A DNA stretch of 31,772 nt from Planctomycetota bacterium (GCA_039190745.1 JBCCXZ010000047.1:1-31772); one strand, 5' to 3'; positions 8,834 through 18,491 are shown, numbered from the stretch's first letter. Numbers and translations are program-made. The notes: a model not told the origin generated them from the letters alone.

Positions 8834-10246
8834 ATGAACTGCACAACTCCCGCTCTCTACTCCCGGCTCCCACTCCGCCGCGGCATCACGCTGCTCGAGG
8901 TGCTCGTCTCGATGTTCGTCCTGCTGTTCGGCCTGATGGGCGTCGCGGCCGTGTTCCCCGTCGCCAGCTTCTACGTCACCAAGGGCGAACAGTCCGACGC
9001 CTCCAGCTCGGTCAGCAACCGTGCCTTCGACGAGATCCGCGCCCGCGGCATGCTCCGCCCCGAGGCGTGGTGGTACGCGCCCTCGACTGAACAGCAAGGC
9101 GACAGCGTGCTTGCCGGCACAGGCGTCGCCGGCGTCAACGTGCCGCGTTTCTTCCTGCAGCCCGACCAGCAGAACGCCCCCGCCAGCTTCACGCCGCCGC
9201 CAACCTACGCTCCCAACAGTTTCAACAACCTCAGCGCAGCCAACGGCGGCGTCGCGGGACCGGGACACGCCTTCGTCCTCGACCCCGCCGGCGCCGCGGA
9301 GGGCTACGCGACGCTCCCCGCGCCGCTGGAGCGACTCGACCTCTTCCCCTACACCTTCGCCGAGGCCGACGATAGGGCAGGCAAAGGTAATCTCTATCAA
9401 CTTAACCCGTGGAACAACCCCGGGCAGCCGCTCAGCCTTTCGGGCCAGCGGTGGCCCGTCCGCCGGGTGACCCTCCGCGGAGACGACCTCGAGGGCGCCA
9501 TGCGCTCCATCGTCGGCGAGAAGATCTTCACCCTCCGCGACGACCTTGCGGTCGACGTCCCCGACGACGGCGACCTCCCCAGCACCCTCGCCTGGCAGAT
9601 CGATCAGAACGGCACCCCGAACGACTTCACCGACGACGTGGCGATGCAGCCGCAGTTCGGCGGGGCCTACAGCTGGATCGTGTCTGTCGTCCCCACGACC
9701 ACCGCGGCTCGCGACGCGCTGCAGCTCTCCGACATCGGCTCGGGAGACTACCTGTACGACGTGTCGATCGTCACGTTCTACCGCCGCGTGGCGTTGCCCT
9801 CGAACGAAAGCGAGCGGCTCTCTCGGGCCGAGCTCCTGCCCGGCGGCGAGTTGCTGATCTACTTCAACCCAACGCCCAGGGGCCGCGACGACGAACTGGT
9901 TGCGGATGTTGACGAGGCCGTCAAGGAAATCCGCGAGGGCAACTGGATCGCCCTCACCGGCGTCAACCAGAACAACGGCGCGTTCATCATGCAGTGGTAC
10001 CGCGTCCTCTCGATTGAAAGCGAGACCAACGAAGCAGAGATCACAGATGTCGGTTTGAGGCAGCAGACGCTGCCGGCCCGCCGCTTGTTCCTGGCGGGCC
10101 CCGACTGGCCCTCGCCCGCGGCGTACAGCGCGTCGATTAACAACGCCACTGCGCACGATCTCCGCGCCATCATCCTGCCCGGCGCCATCAGCGTGGTCAC
10201 CCGGCAGGTGCGGATGGAGGCCCCCTCGGCCTGGAGCGTCAACTAG
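8834..10246 (+). CDS. Large prepilin-type protein 4 (GspI/PilV-like)
   Basis: 470 aa. RRG|ITLLEVLVSMFVLLFGLMGVAAVFP is a PilV-style N-terminus (EVLVS...GLxG). Confidence 0.85.
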   Translation: MNCTTPALYSRLPLRRGITLLEVLVSMFVLLFGLMGVAAVFPVASFYVTKGEQSDASSSVSNRAFDEIRARGMLRPEAWWYAPSTEQQGDSVLAGTGVAGVNVPRFFLQPDQQNAPASFTPPPTYAPNSFNNLSAANGGVAGPGHAFVLDPAGAAEGYATLPAPLERLDLFPYTFAEADDRAGKGNLYQLNPWNNPGQPLSLSGQRWPVRRVTLRGDDLEGAMRSIVGEKIFTLRDDLAVDVPDDGDLPSTLAWQIDQNGTPNDFTDDVAMQPQFGGAYSWIVSVVPTTTAARDALQLSDIGSGDYLYDVSIVTFYRRVALPSNESERLSRAELLPGGELLIYFNPTPRGRDDELVADVDEAVKEIREGNWIALTGVNQNNGAFIMQWYRVLSIESETNEAEITDVGLRQQTLPARRLFLAGPDWPSPAAYSASINNATAHDLRAIILPGAISVVTRQVRMEAPSAWSVN

Positions 10247-10264
10247 CCGGATCGCCGCAGCGGC

Positions 10265-10299
10265 GAGGCGTCGCCACACAATGAGGCGTCGCCACACAA
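10265..10299 (+). repeat. 17-bp tandem direct duplication
   Basis: GAGGCGTCGCCACACAA at 10265-10281 and 10283-10299. Confidence 0.9.
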
Positions 10300-10363
10300 G
10301 ACAGAGCAACACTCCACGGCACGGCGGGGCAACGCCGGGCCGCTTTTCGCTTGGAGCAGAACG

Positions 10364-13300
10364 ATGAAAAGGCAACCACGACAGATGCGCCTCCGCGGGC
10401 TCGCCGCCCGCCGCGCCGCCCAGCGACGCCGCGGCGTGCTGCTGCTGGTGGTGCTCAGCCTGCTGACCCTGTTCTTGATGATCGCTACGGCGTTCCTGAT
10501 CTCCGCCGGGCAATTCCGCCGCGCCAACCGCTCGCTCGCCGCCCTAGCCGAAGACGCCGCCAACAGCGTCAGCCGCGCCGACTTCCTCGACGAAGTGGTT
10601 GGCCAACTGCTGCGCGACACGAACAACGCGAACAGCTCGCTCCGCTTCCACAGCCTGCTCCGCGATCTCTACGGCAACGACGGCCTGGCGTTCGACTTGC
10701 CGAACGACCCAAGCATCGGGCAGACGACGGTCGAACCCCTAGTCTACTTGAGCAACAGCACGTCGGCCGGCGGCCTGACCGGGGGCCAACTCGTAGAGCT
10801 AGAGCTTACCTACGTCAATCAGCCCGGGCTTAGCCAGCTCGACGACTATTACAACGGACGCTTACTGACATTCGCCAGTGGCGCATTACGCGGGCAAAGC
10901 CTGCGAGTGGTCGACTACGTCGTAGTTAGCCTTCCTCCTGCGTCCATGTTTGCGTTCGAGTGCCGCTTCCGGCTCATGCGTGAGCGCGGTGATGCCCTGC
11001 CCAACCCCGGCGACCGCGTGGTACTCAACGGCGCCCCCTTCAACGGCATGGGTTTCGGATACGACTCGACTGCACCCGCCGGCTCGGCGAGACTTTCTGC
11101 AAACGAACAAGTTTTTGTTGGCGGGTCGCTGCAATTTTACCCAGTCGCGTTACTACCCAATGCGACCTACTACCCGCCGACGGACCTTTTCTCGAGCGAC
11201 GTGGATCAAGTCCAGCCCAACGTCCAGCTAGTGCTTCCCTCTGGGGCTGCCGCCGATCTCTTAGATTACGTGCTATCGCCCGCCGAGCTCCAAGGCATCG
11301 CCCTGCCAGACGTCGCAACGCTGCAGGACCCAATGGTTCTGAACGCCGCCCAGAGGCGCTTTTTCAATCAACTTATTGCAGCAAGAGGGCCCACGGGCCT
11401 CGGCGGCAGCGACGAGTCGTACGACGCTGTCGATTACCAAAATATGGCGCTGGCCCGGTTGCCGGTTGGCCCTGCTGAGATTGGCGATCCAGGTAGTCAA
11501 CGCTTAGTCGACCCCACGAGCGGGGCAGAAGTCGTCCTCCCTTCGTTCCACCGCCCTGCCCTGCTGAACTACTGGCAGAATCAAGTGGCTACGCTCCCGA
11601 CCGAGCCAATGCTGCTCCGCAAGGTCATGATGCGGCCCAGTTGGTACGACCACCCCAACTTCACCGGCAGCAACCCCGACCTGGAACAGGATGTTCGTGA
11701 CTTTGCACAGTTGTTGCAGAGTGGCGGCGATCCAACCGCCCCGGCGAACAACCTGCTCGATCGCTCGATCTACGGCCCCTGGGACGTCGACAACGACGGC
11801 GACGGCGTCCGCGACAGCGTCTGGGTCGACTTCGGCGCCCCCGTCATCCAGGGCCCCAACGGCAAACGCGTCAAGCCGCTCGCCGCGGTCCTCTGCGTCG
11901 ACATGGACGGCCGGCTCAACATCAACGCCCACGGCTCGAAAGACTTGGCGGTCACCGTGCCCGCCGACGTGCCGAACGTCCAGACCCTCGCAGGCGGCGT
12001 CACGAGCAACCAGCTGCCCCAAGGCATCGGCTACGGCCCGGCAGACATCTCGTTGGCCCCGGTGGTGAATCCGCTCTTCGGCACTGCAACCGGCATCAAC
12101 TCGGGGTTCTCTCGCCTGCTCGTTGGCGACAGCACGCTCCCCGGCCGCTACGGCTGGGACGGCCCCGTCGGCTCGCCGCTCGATCCCGCAGACCGCGCCC
12201 CCGGCGAAACCTTCGTGGGCGGCGGCATGCAGCAGGCTGAAGACAGCTTCGACCTGATGGCCCGCGTCCGCACGTTCCAGGCGCCGATGTTCGCAAACTC
12301 GGCCGACCTCTCCGCCTACGCCACGCCGCCGGACTTCTCCGCCCGCTACGCCCTCGGCATCAACGACCTCGGCCAGCCGGTCTACGAGGCCTTCGAGGAA
12401 CAGGGCACCTACAACCGGCTCACGTCCGACTCGCCCTACGAGGTCGACCTCTCGGAGAACGCCCCCCGCGGCTACGGCGAGAACGGCGAGGGACTCGCCC
12501 CCGACGCCCCGTTTTCCCTATCCGAGATGGAACGGGTGCTCCGCGCGTACGACGCCGACGCCGGCTCCCTCCCCGGGCGCATCTGGGACCTCGCCGATTC
12601 CTTTGGCGGCACGACGCCCAACCTCGTCGAGCTCAACCGCTGGCGCACTCTGCTCACGACCGACAGCTACGACCTGCCGACCCCGTCGACCGTCGCCCCC
12701 CGGCACATCGTGGTCGGCCCCGACGGCACGCCAGACGGCCCCGGCTACAACGCGGGCAGCGACGACTTCGCCGACGTCATGGCCGAGGAGGTCCCCAACC
12801 CGGCCGGCACGCCGCCCACCATCTTCGTCGAGCGCCAGCCGGTGGGCCTAACCTTTGCCGACATGCTCGAGTACCGGGTCCGGCTCGGTCTCGCTACGAA
12901 ACTAGGCGGCTCGTTCACCCCGGCTACCGTCCCCGCTCGCCGGATCAGCCAGGAGATGGCGTTGCTACTCGCCCCCGAGCTGGCGTCGGGCCAGAAGCTC
13001 GACATCAACCGCCCGCTGGGCAACGGCGTCGACGACGACGGCAATCGTGTTGTCGACGAACCTTTCGAAGGCCTCGCTTTGGCACCGACACAGGCGGACG
13101 GCTCGCCGTGGGTGCGTGTCGAGGCGATGGGACAAGGCGGCTTCCCGCCCAACGCCGGCACGCGGCCGCAGGTCCCGGCGGCCTACAACAGCACGAACAC
13201 GGTCTACTGGCCGGTGATCCTGCCGATCAAAGACCTCAACGGCAACGGCACGGTCGAAGAGTCGACACCAGGAGTGATCGCCGACGCCGACTTCGGCATC

Positions 13301-16300
13301 CCCGACCGCAACGGCGATAACCAGATTACGCCGGCCGACGCGCTCGACCCCGCTCAGGTTATGGCCCGGCACCTCTACGTGCTGGCGATGACCGTGGTCG
13401 ACCCTTACGACTTGACCAACGACCGCGGCCGGCTGAAGTCGCGTCGTCTCGCCCAGTGGGCGATCAACTCGGTCGACTACCGCGACGCGAACTCCGTGAT
13501 GAGCATGTTCGAAGTCGACCTCAATCCCTTCGACGGCTGGGACGTCGACGGCGACCCGGAAACCCGCGAGCCGGAAAGCGAGGTCATCTGGGGGGCCGAA
13601 CGGCCCGAGCTGCTCATCACCGAGGTGATGGCCTGGCACGACCGCCGTACCGAGAACCGGAACGAGGTCGACCCCGACCTGGAAGAAGCGGACGGACAGA
13701 AAGCGGGGCTCGCCGAGCTGCCCACCGAGACGAAACCGACCCCCGACGACGCGAGCTTCGACCAGTTGCTCCGGCCCAAAGGCCCGGCGTTCATCGAGCT
13801 GTACAACCCCTGGCCCGCCACGCCAGGCGTTAACGCAGACACCCACCGCCTCAGGCAGGGCGGGAATCGCATCCTCGATGAAGGGGTCGACATCGCCCGC
13901 TTCTCCGAGGGGGTGCTCAACGACGGCACGCCGGTCCGCTCCCCGGTGTGGCGGATCGCCAGCTACCGCCGCAACCCCGCCGGGGGACTGCCGATCGAGG
14001 CACTCAACCACGTCGACCCCGACAATCCCGACCCCGACGTTCAGCTCGATATCCCTAACTTCCTCCAGATCGACCGTTCAATCTACTTCACCCCCTTCGA
14101 CCCCGCGGCGACCAACACCAGCGGCACGCGGGGCTGGGACAATGACGGCGACGCGCACTTCATAGACCCGGCTCTCTACGCCACGAATGAGCACGGCCTC
14201 GTCCGCCCCGGTCGTTTGCTGGTAGTGGCTTCCGGCGATGACTTTAACAACGACGGCGTGTTCGAGGCTCCCGTGGGCGACTTCGACCCGGGAAAGGGTT
14301 CGATCCTCCGCCGCGTCGAGGTCCGCCCAAACGACCCCGCCAACCCGATACGCTTCATCGACGGGCTCGGCGGACCCGATGACGAGCCTCCGATGATGGC
14401 CGATGGAAATCCTCTTACGGACGTGCTGCTGCTCAACCGCGGCCGCGACAGTGTAGCGGCCCCGACCGAGCTGGGCGAAGAACGCCGGCTGAGCCTCTCT
14501 GAGCGTCGCGGCGGTTACCCCGACAACCTCAAGGGCCGCGTCTGGACGACCGAGGCCGATGGCGCCAATGTCGAAGAGGGTTGGTACGCCTACGGCAATC
14601 AAGCGGGCAAGGGCTACCCGCTCGACGTCCCGCTGGACGACGACCCGATGTTCGGCGACCCGCTCCTCGCCCGACCGGGCACGGTGCCGGGCTACCGGGT
14701 GCTCTACCTGCAGCGGCTGGCCGACCCCACCAAGCCCTGGAACCCGCCGCCACTCTTACCAGCCGGGGGGCCCGACCCAAACCACGACGACACCTTGGCC
14801 GTGAACCCGTACCTTACCGTCGACCAGAGCCCGGTGAACCTGAGCGTCTTCAACGGCCGCAACACCTCGGAGATTATTCTCGGCGAGAGCGTACCGAATG
14901 GAACCGTCGACAGCCCCGCAGAGTTCCCTTCGTTAAACACCATCGTGCCCGCCCACCCGGTCACCGGGAACACGAGCCTCGGCTTTGCGAGCACCGAACG
15001 CGGCGTGAGCAACAACCCCGAGCGGGCCGGTTCCACGGTGCTGAAGTCGGTTGCGCGTCGGATGAAGCTGCCCGACGACGACACGGTCGCGCAAGGCAAC
15101 TTCTGGAACGTGGAAAACCCCGGGCTCACCTGGGGCGGAACTCCCGGTAACGGCCAGCACTACTTGGCCCGCGTCCCCCGGTGCACGCTCGGCTTCTTCA
15201 ACGAACAAGTAGACAGCATGCCCGCCGGCGACCCCGACGGGGTACCTGATCTCATGGACCCGTTGACCTCAGTGGCTTGGAACAACCGCCCCTTCGTCAA
15301 TGCGATGGAGCTCATGCACGTGCCGGCGGTCCGCTCATCGTGGCTCCTGAAGAGTTACTCGTACCGAGCCACCGGAACCGCTCTATCGAACGAGCGATTT
15401 GAGGGAAACCCCTGGGGCGACACAGCCGACGGAGCCGACCTCATGGGCGACTACGCGGGCAGGACGCAGAGCGTGCGGAAGAACAAGTATTTCGACATCG
15501 ACGTGCTGCCCGACGGCCCGACCGGCCACGCCTTCAACCTCTTCCGCCGGGAACAGGCCACGCCCAACGACGACGTTGTCTCCGGGCTGTACCGTGTGCT
15601 CGACTACATCGGCTCCCCCAGCCCCTTCGTGGGCTCAGAGACGTGGCTCAACCCCGCCGCGTTCGACACCTCTTCCGCGTGGCTCAATCCCGCAACCGTC
15701 GCGGCCAACCTCAACGACCCGCGACTGCTGCTCCAGCCGCCCAACAATCGTGTACCCGCCTACCGTGAGCCCGGCAGGGTGAACCTCAATACTATTGTCG
15801 ACGAGAGCGTCTGGCTCGGCGTCCGAGGCCTGTTCGACGCGAACAACAACGGCACGCTCGAAACGAGCGAGCTGCACGAGGCGGCAAACTGGACCGAACT
15901 CATCGATTCCCGTCGGGGCTACGGGGCCGCGACCGCGTCTGCCTTGCAACTCAACAATGATGTACCAACGTTCTTCGAGAACCCGTTCCGATCGGCAGAC
16001 GCGGGCGAGCTGGTTCCACTGGGTACGCCCGCCGTATCCGACATGACTAGATCAGGCTCTGAGCCATCTCTGGCTCGGAGTAACCAAATAGAGCCCACAG
16101 GAACGCCGCCGAGCCAACCGCGGTTCGTCAGCGGCTCGACCGCGCCTCACCAGGACAACACCCGCAACCCTTACTTCCGCTACCAGCCGGCCGTCCGGCT
16201 CGCGAGCCTGACCAACGGCCGGTCGAACGTGTACGCGGTGTGGGTCACGATCGGCTTCTTCGAGGTCGAGGAAGCGCCCTCGCTCACCGAATTCGAGACC

Positions 16301-16519
16301 GCCAACGCACTCAATCTCGGGGACCCCGAGAACCGGGACCTCTACGACCGGGTTTACCCCGAAGGCTACACATTGGGCCGCGAGGAGGGCAGCGACCTAG
16401 GCGCCGAGCAACGCGTCCGGGGGTTCTACGTGATCGACCGCTCGATCCCCGTAGGATTCGAGCCCGGCGAGGACCACAACGCAGAGCGGGCGGTCCGGTT
16501 GCGACGCCGGATCGAGTAG
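10364..16519 (+). CDS. Giant GspK/PilX-like minor (pseudo)pilin with multiple DxDxDG Ca-binding-like loops
   Basis: 2051 aa. Basic leader then RRG|VLLLVVLSLLTLFLMIATAFL with no Glu5, as in GspK/PilX. GRLNINA and GRVNLNT motifs; loops DVDNDGDG, DDDGN, DLNGNG, DRNGDN, DFNNDG, DANNNG. Confidence 0.85.
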   Translation: MKRQPRQMRLRGLAARRAAQRRRGVLLLVVLSLLTLFLMIATAFLISAGQFRRANRSLAALAEDAANSVSRADFLDEVVGQLLRDTNNANSSLRFHSLLRDLYGNDGLAFDLPNDPSIGQTTVEPLVYLSNSTSAGGLTGGQLVELELTYVNQPGLSQLDDYYNGRLLTFASGALRGQSLRVVDYVVVSLPPASMFAFECRFRLMRERGDALPNPGDRVVLNGAPFNGMGFGYDSTAPAGSARLSANEQVFVGGSLQFYPVALLPNATYYPPTDLFSSDVDQVQPNVQLVLPSGAAADLLDYVLSPAELQGIALPDVATLQDPMVLNAAQRRFFNQLIAARGPTGLGGSDESYDAVDYQNMALARLPVGPAEIGDPGSQRLVDPTSGAEVVLPSFHRPALLNYWQNQVATLPTEPMLLRKVMMRPSWYDHPNFTGSNPDLEQDVRDFAQLLQSGGDPTAPANNLLDRSIYGPWDVDNDGDGVRDSVWVDFGAPVIQGPNGKRVKPLAAVLCVDMDGRLNINAHGSKDLAVTVPADVPNVQTLAGGVTSNQLPQGIGYGPADISLAPVVNPLFGTATGINSGFSRLLVGDSTLPGRYGWDGPVGSPLDPADRAPGETFVGGGMQQAEDSFDLMARVRTFQAPMFANSADLSAYATPPDFSARYALGINDLGQPVYEAFEEQGTYNRLTSDSPYEVDLSENAPRGYGENGEGLAPDAPFSLSEMERVLRAYDADAGSLPGRIWDLADSFGGTTPNLVELNRWRTLLTTDSYDLPTPSTVAPRHIVVGPDGTPDGPGYNAGSDDFADVMAEEVPNPAGTPPTIFVERQPVGLTFADMLEYRVRLGLATKLGGSFTPATVPARRISQEMALLLAPELASGQKLDINRPLGNGVDDDGNRVVDEPFEGLALAPTQADGSPWVRVEAMGQGGFPPNAGTRPQVPAAYNSTNTVYWPVILPIKDLNGNGTVEESTPGVIADADFGIPDRNGDNQITPADALDPAQVMARHLYVLAMTVVDPYDLTNDRGRLKSRRLAQWAINSVDYRDANSVMSMFEVDLNPFDGWDVDGDPETREPESEVIWGAERPELLITEVMAWHDRRTENRNEVDPDLEEADGQKAGLAELPTETKPTPDDASFDQLLRPKGPAFIELYNPWPATPGVNADTHRLRQGGNRILDEGVDIARFSEGVLNDGTPVRSPVWRIASYRRNPAGGLPIEALNHVDPDNPDPDVQLDIPNFLQIDRSIYFTPFDPAATNTSGTRGWDNDGDAHFIDPALYATNEHGLVRPGRLLVVASGDDFNNDGVFEAPVGDFDPGKGSILRRVEVRPNDPANPIRFIDGLGGPDDEPPMMADGNPLTDVLLLNRGRDSVAAPTELGEERRLSLSERRGGYPDNLKGRVWTTEADGANVEEGWYAYGNQAGKGYPLDVPLDDDPMFGDPLLARPGTVPGYRVLYLQRLADPTKPWNPPPLLPAGGPDPNHDDTLAVNPYLTVDQSPVNLSVFNGRNTSEIILGESVPNGTVDSPAEFPSLNTIVPAHPVTGNTSLGFASTERGVSNNPERAGSTVLKSVARRMKLPDDDTVAQGNFWNVENPGLTWGGTPGNGQHYLARVPRCTLGFFNEQVDSMPAGDPDGVPDLMDPLTSVAWNNRPFVNAMELMHVPAVRSSWLLKSYSYRATGTALSNERFEGNPWGDTADGADLMGDYAGRTQSVRKNKYFDIDVLPDGPTGHAFNLFRREQATPNDDVVSGLYRVLDYIGSPSPFVGSETWLNPAAFDTSSAWLNPATVAANLNDPRLLLQPPNNRVPAYREPGRVNLNTIVDESVWLGVRGLFDANNNGTLETSELHEAANWTELIDSRRGYGAATASALQLNNDVPTFFENPFRSADAGELVPLGTPAVSDMTRSGSEPSLARSNQIEPTGTPPSQPRFVSGSTAPHQDNTRNPYFRYQPAVRLASLTNGRSNVYAVWVTIGFFEVEEAPSLTEFETANALNLGDPENRDLYDRVYPEGYTLGREEGSDLGAEQRVRGFYVIDRSIPVGFEPGEDHNAERAVRLRRRIE

Positions 16520-16649
16520 CGCGGCGGCGACAGCGGCAGAAACAGTTTGCCGTCTTCGACGGCTCAGAGGATGATAGGTAAGGAACTAGACAAGGGGGAC
16601 CGGTTGGGTTCCCGTGCGAGACCGACACCGCAACAACAACGGGAATCCG

Positions 16650-18491
16650 ATGAAGACGCTCCTCAGAATCCGCGCTGCCCTTCTGGCGGTCGCCGTGCTA
16701 TTCACCGTGCCCGCGCTCACGCATCAGCAGGCACGCGCCGAGGTCTTTGCCTTTGGCGACGTCACCCCCGACGAGGACCCGGACCTCCCGGTCTTCGGCG
16801 GAGAGGCCAGCGGCCCAATCATCGTAGGTGACGAGAGTGCCGGCCTGCTGACTGTCGACGTCCCCGCTACTACGGACCCTCTGCTCGCAGAATCGATCAC
16901 GCTAGGCAACACCCAGACGGGCGTCGGGCAGATAACCGTTATCGGGTTCACGTCCGAAGTCCGAGCGGCAGGGGGCGACTTGATTGTCGGTGAAAGCGGC
17001 CAGGGCTTCCTCGACATCGCTGGGGGCGGGATCGCCGGAAACGAAGATGAGTCGGACGGCATGGGAGGCACCAACCCCGGCACAGCCGGCAAGACCGTCC
17101 TAGGGAATGGCTTCGGCTCCTATGGCGAAGTTACCGTCGATGGCATTTTCTCCCGCCTCGAAACCGGCGACCTCCAGGTTGGCTTCTTCGGCCAAGGCTT
17201 GCTCACCGTCTCCAACCGCGGGACCGTCGTCACCAACGCCAGCACAGGGGCGCAAGAGAACGAGAGCGGAATCGGCGTCCAGAATGGCGGCGACGGACGC
17301 GTCCGCGTCACCGGCGAAGGCTCCAAGTGGATCGTCACCAGCGGGGATGGCGGGTTCGACCTCGACATCGGCACCCCCCGCGGCAACGGCGACGATAACA
17401 ACGGCCACGGCCGGCTTGAGATCTACGACCGAGGCGTGGTCCAAGTCGGAGAAATCAACACCGACACCCCGCCTGACGGGTTCCAGCAAGGGGAGGTGCT
17501 GGTCAACGAACTCGGCTTCGTCGACCTGCAAACCCAAGGCCAACTCATCACCGAAGACCTCACGAACAACGGCGTTATCCGCGGCGACGGCGTGGTCCTC
17601 GCCCGCGACAACTTCGTCAACAACGGCGAGATCCGCAACGCCGCCGGGGTCGCCAACCAACGGGAGTACCTCCTCCTAGGCGACGCCAACACAACGCTAG
17701 AGAACAACAACCTCATCGAGTCGATCGGCGGCGAGATGGAGTTTCTCAGCGCCGTTGACAATACGGTGGACGGCGACATCATCGGCCGCGACGCGATCCT
17801 GCGGTTCCAGAACGGCATCACCAGCATGGGCGAGATCGGGCTTGCCGGCGACACGACCATTTATGGGGCCCTAGAACTCATGGGCGGCGACCTGTTCTTC
17901 TTCGAGGACAGCACCGTCGTTTTTCGCGGCAGCATCACGGCCGACGCTACCTCGACCATCTCTACAGTGATTGGAGGGGATGAGGCTAACATCGACGTCG
18001 TCGGCGGCGTGACACTGACCGACCCTCTCGGAGTGCTGTCTGTTTCCGCCGGCACCAACCCGCAGCCCGGCGACATGTACGACGTGATCGTGGCGACCGA
18101 CCCCATTGTCGGCACGTTCTCTAACCCATCTTTCACTGCCGGCGGCGTGAATTGGGTCTTTGACTATTCGGACCCGAATCGCGTGACTGCCGTTGCAGCA
18201 GCGGCTGTGAACCCGATGGGACCAGATGCCAACGGCGACGGATTCGTCGACGGATCCGACATCGACCAATGGGAAGCAAACTTCCCCATCGCAAGCGGGG
18301 CTACCGCAGAGCAAGGCGACGCGGACGGCGATGGCGACGTTGACATCTTCGACCTTCTGGTCATGCAGGGCGCGTTCGGGATGCCGTTCCCGATCGTCGC
18401 CGCCGTGGCCGCGGTGCCCGAGCCCGCCGCCGCCGTGCTGGTGCTCCTTGGTCTTGGCTTCACCTCCGGCCGCCGCGGCCGGAGGGGCTAG
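16650..18491 (+). CDS. PEP-CTERM surface protein with beta-repeat region and dockerin-like Ca-binding pair
   Basis: Sec signal MKTLLRIRAALLAVAVLF...QARA. Repeats of type LxVGxxGxGxLxVxxGG / GxVxVxGxxSxW. DANGDGFVDGSD...GDADGDGDVDIFD. VPEP followed by a hydrophobic helix and RRGRRG. Confidence 0.9.
   Translation: MKTLLRIRAALLAVAVLFTVPALTHQQARAEVFAFGDVTPDEDPDLPVFGGEASGPIIVGDESAGLLTVDVPATTDPLLAESITLGNTQTGVGQITVIGFTSEVRAAGGDLIVGESGQGFLDIAGGGIAGNEDESDGMGGTNPGTAGKTVLGNGFGSYGEVTVDGIFSRLETGDLQVGFFGQGLLTVSNRGTVVTNASTGAQENESGIGVQNGGDGRVRVTGEGSKWIVTSGDGGFDLDIGTPRGNGDDNNGHGRLEIYDRGVVQVGEINTDTPPDGFQQGEVLVNELGFVDLQTQGQLITEDLTNNGVIRGDGVVLARDNFVNNGEIRNAAGVANQREYLLLGDANTTLENNNLIESIGGEMEFLSAVDNTVDGDIIGRDAILRFQNGITSMGEIGLAGDTTIYGALELMGGDLFFFEDSTVVFRGSITADATSTISTVIGGDEANIDVVGGVTLTDPLGVLSVSAGTNPQPGDMYDVIVATDPIVGTFSNPSFTAGGVNWVFDYSDPNRVTAVAAAAVNPMGPDANGDGFVDGSDIDQWEANFPIASGATAEQGDADGDGDVDIFDLLVMQGAFGMPFPIVAAVAAVPEPAAAVLVLLGLGFTSGRRGRRG

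Noticed and set aside
10265..10299. Tandem repeat as a mini-CRISPR, likewise the REP doublets
   Set aside because: Only two units with a 1-bp spacer, no regular repeat-spacer period and no cas genes.
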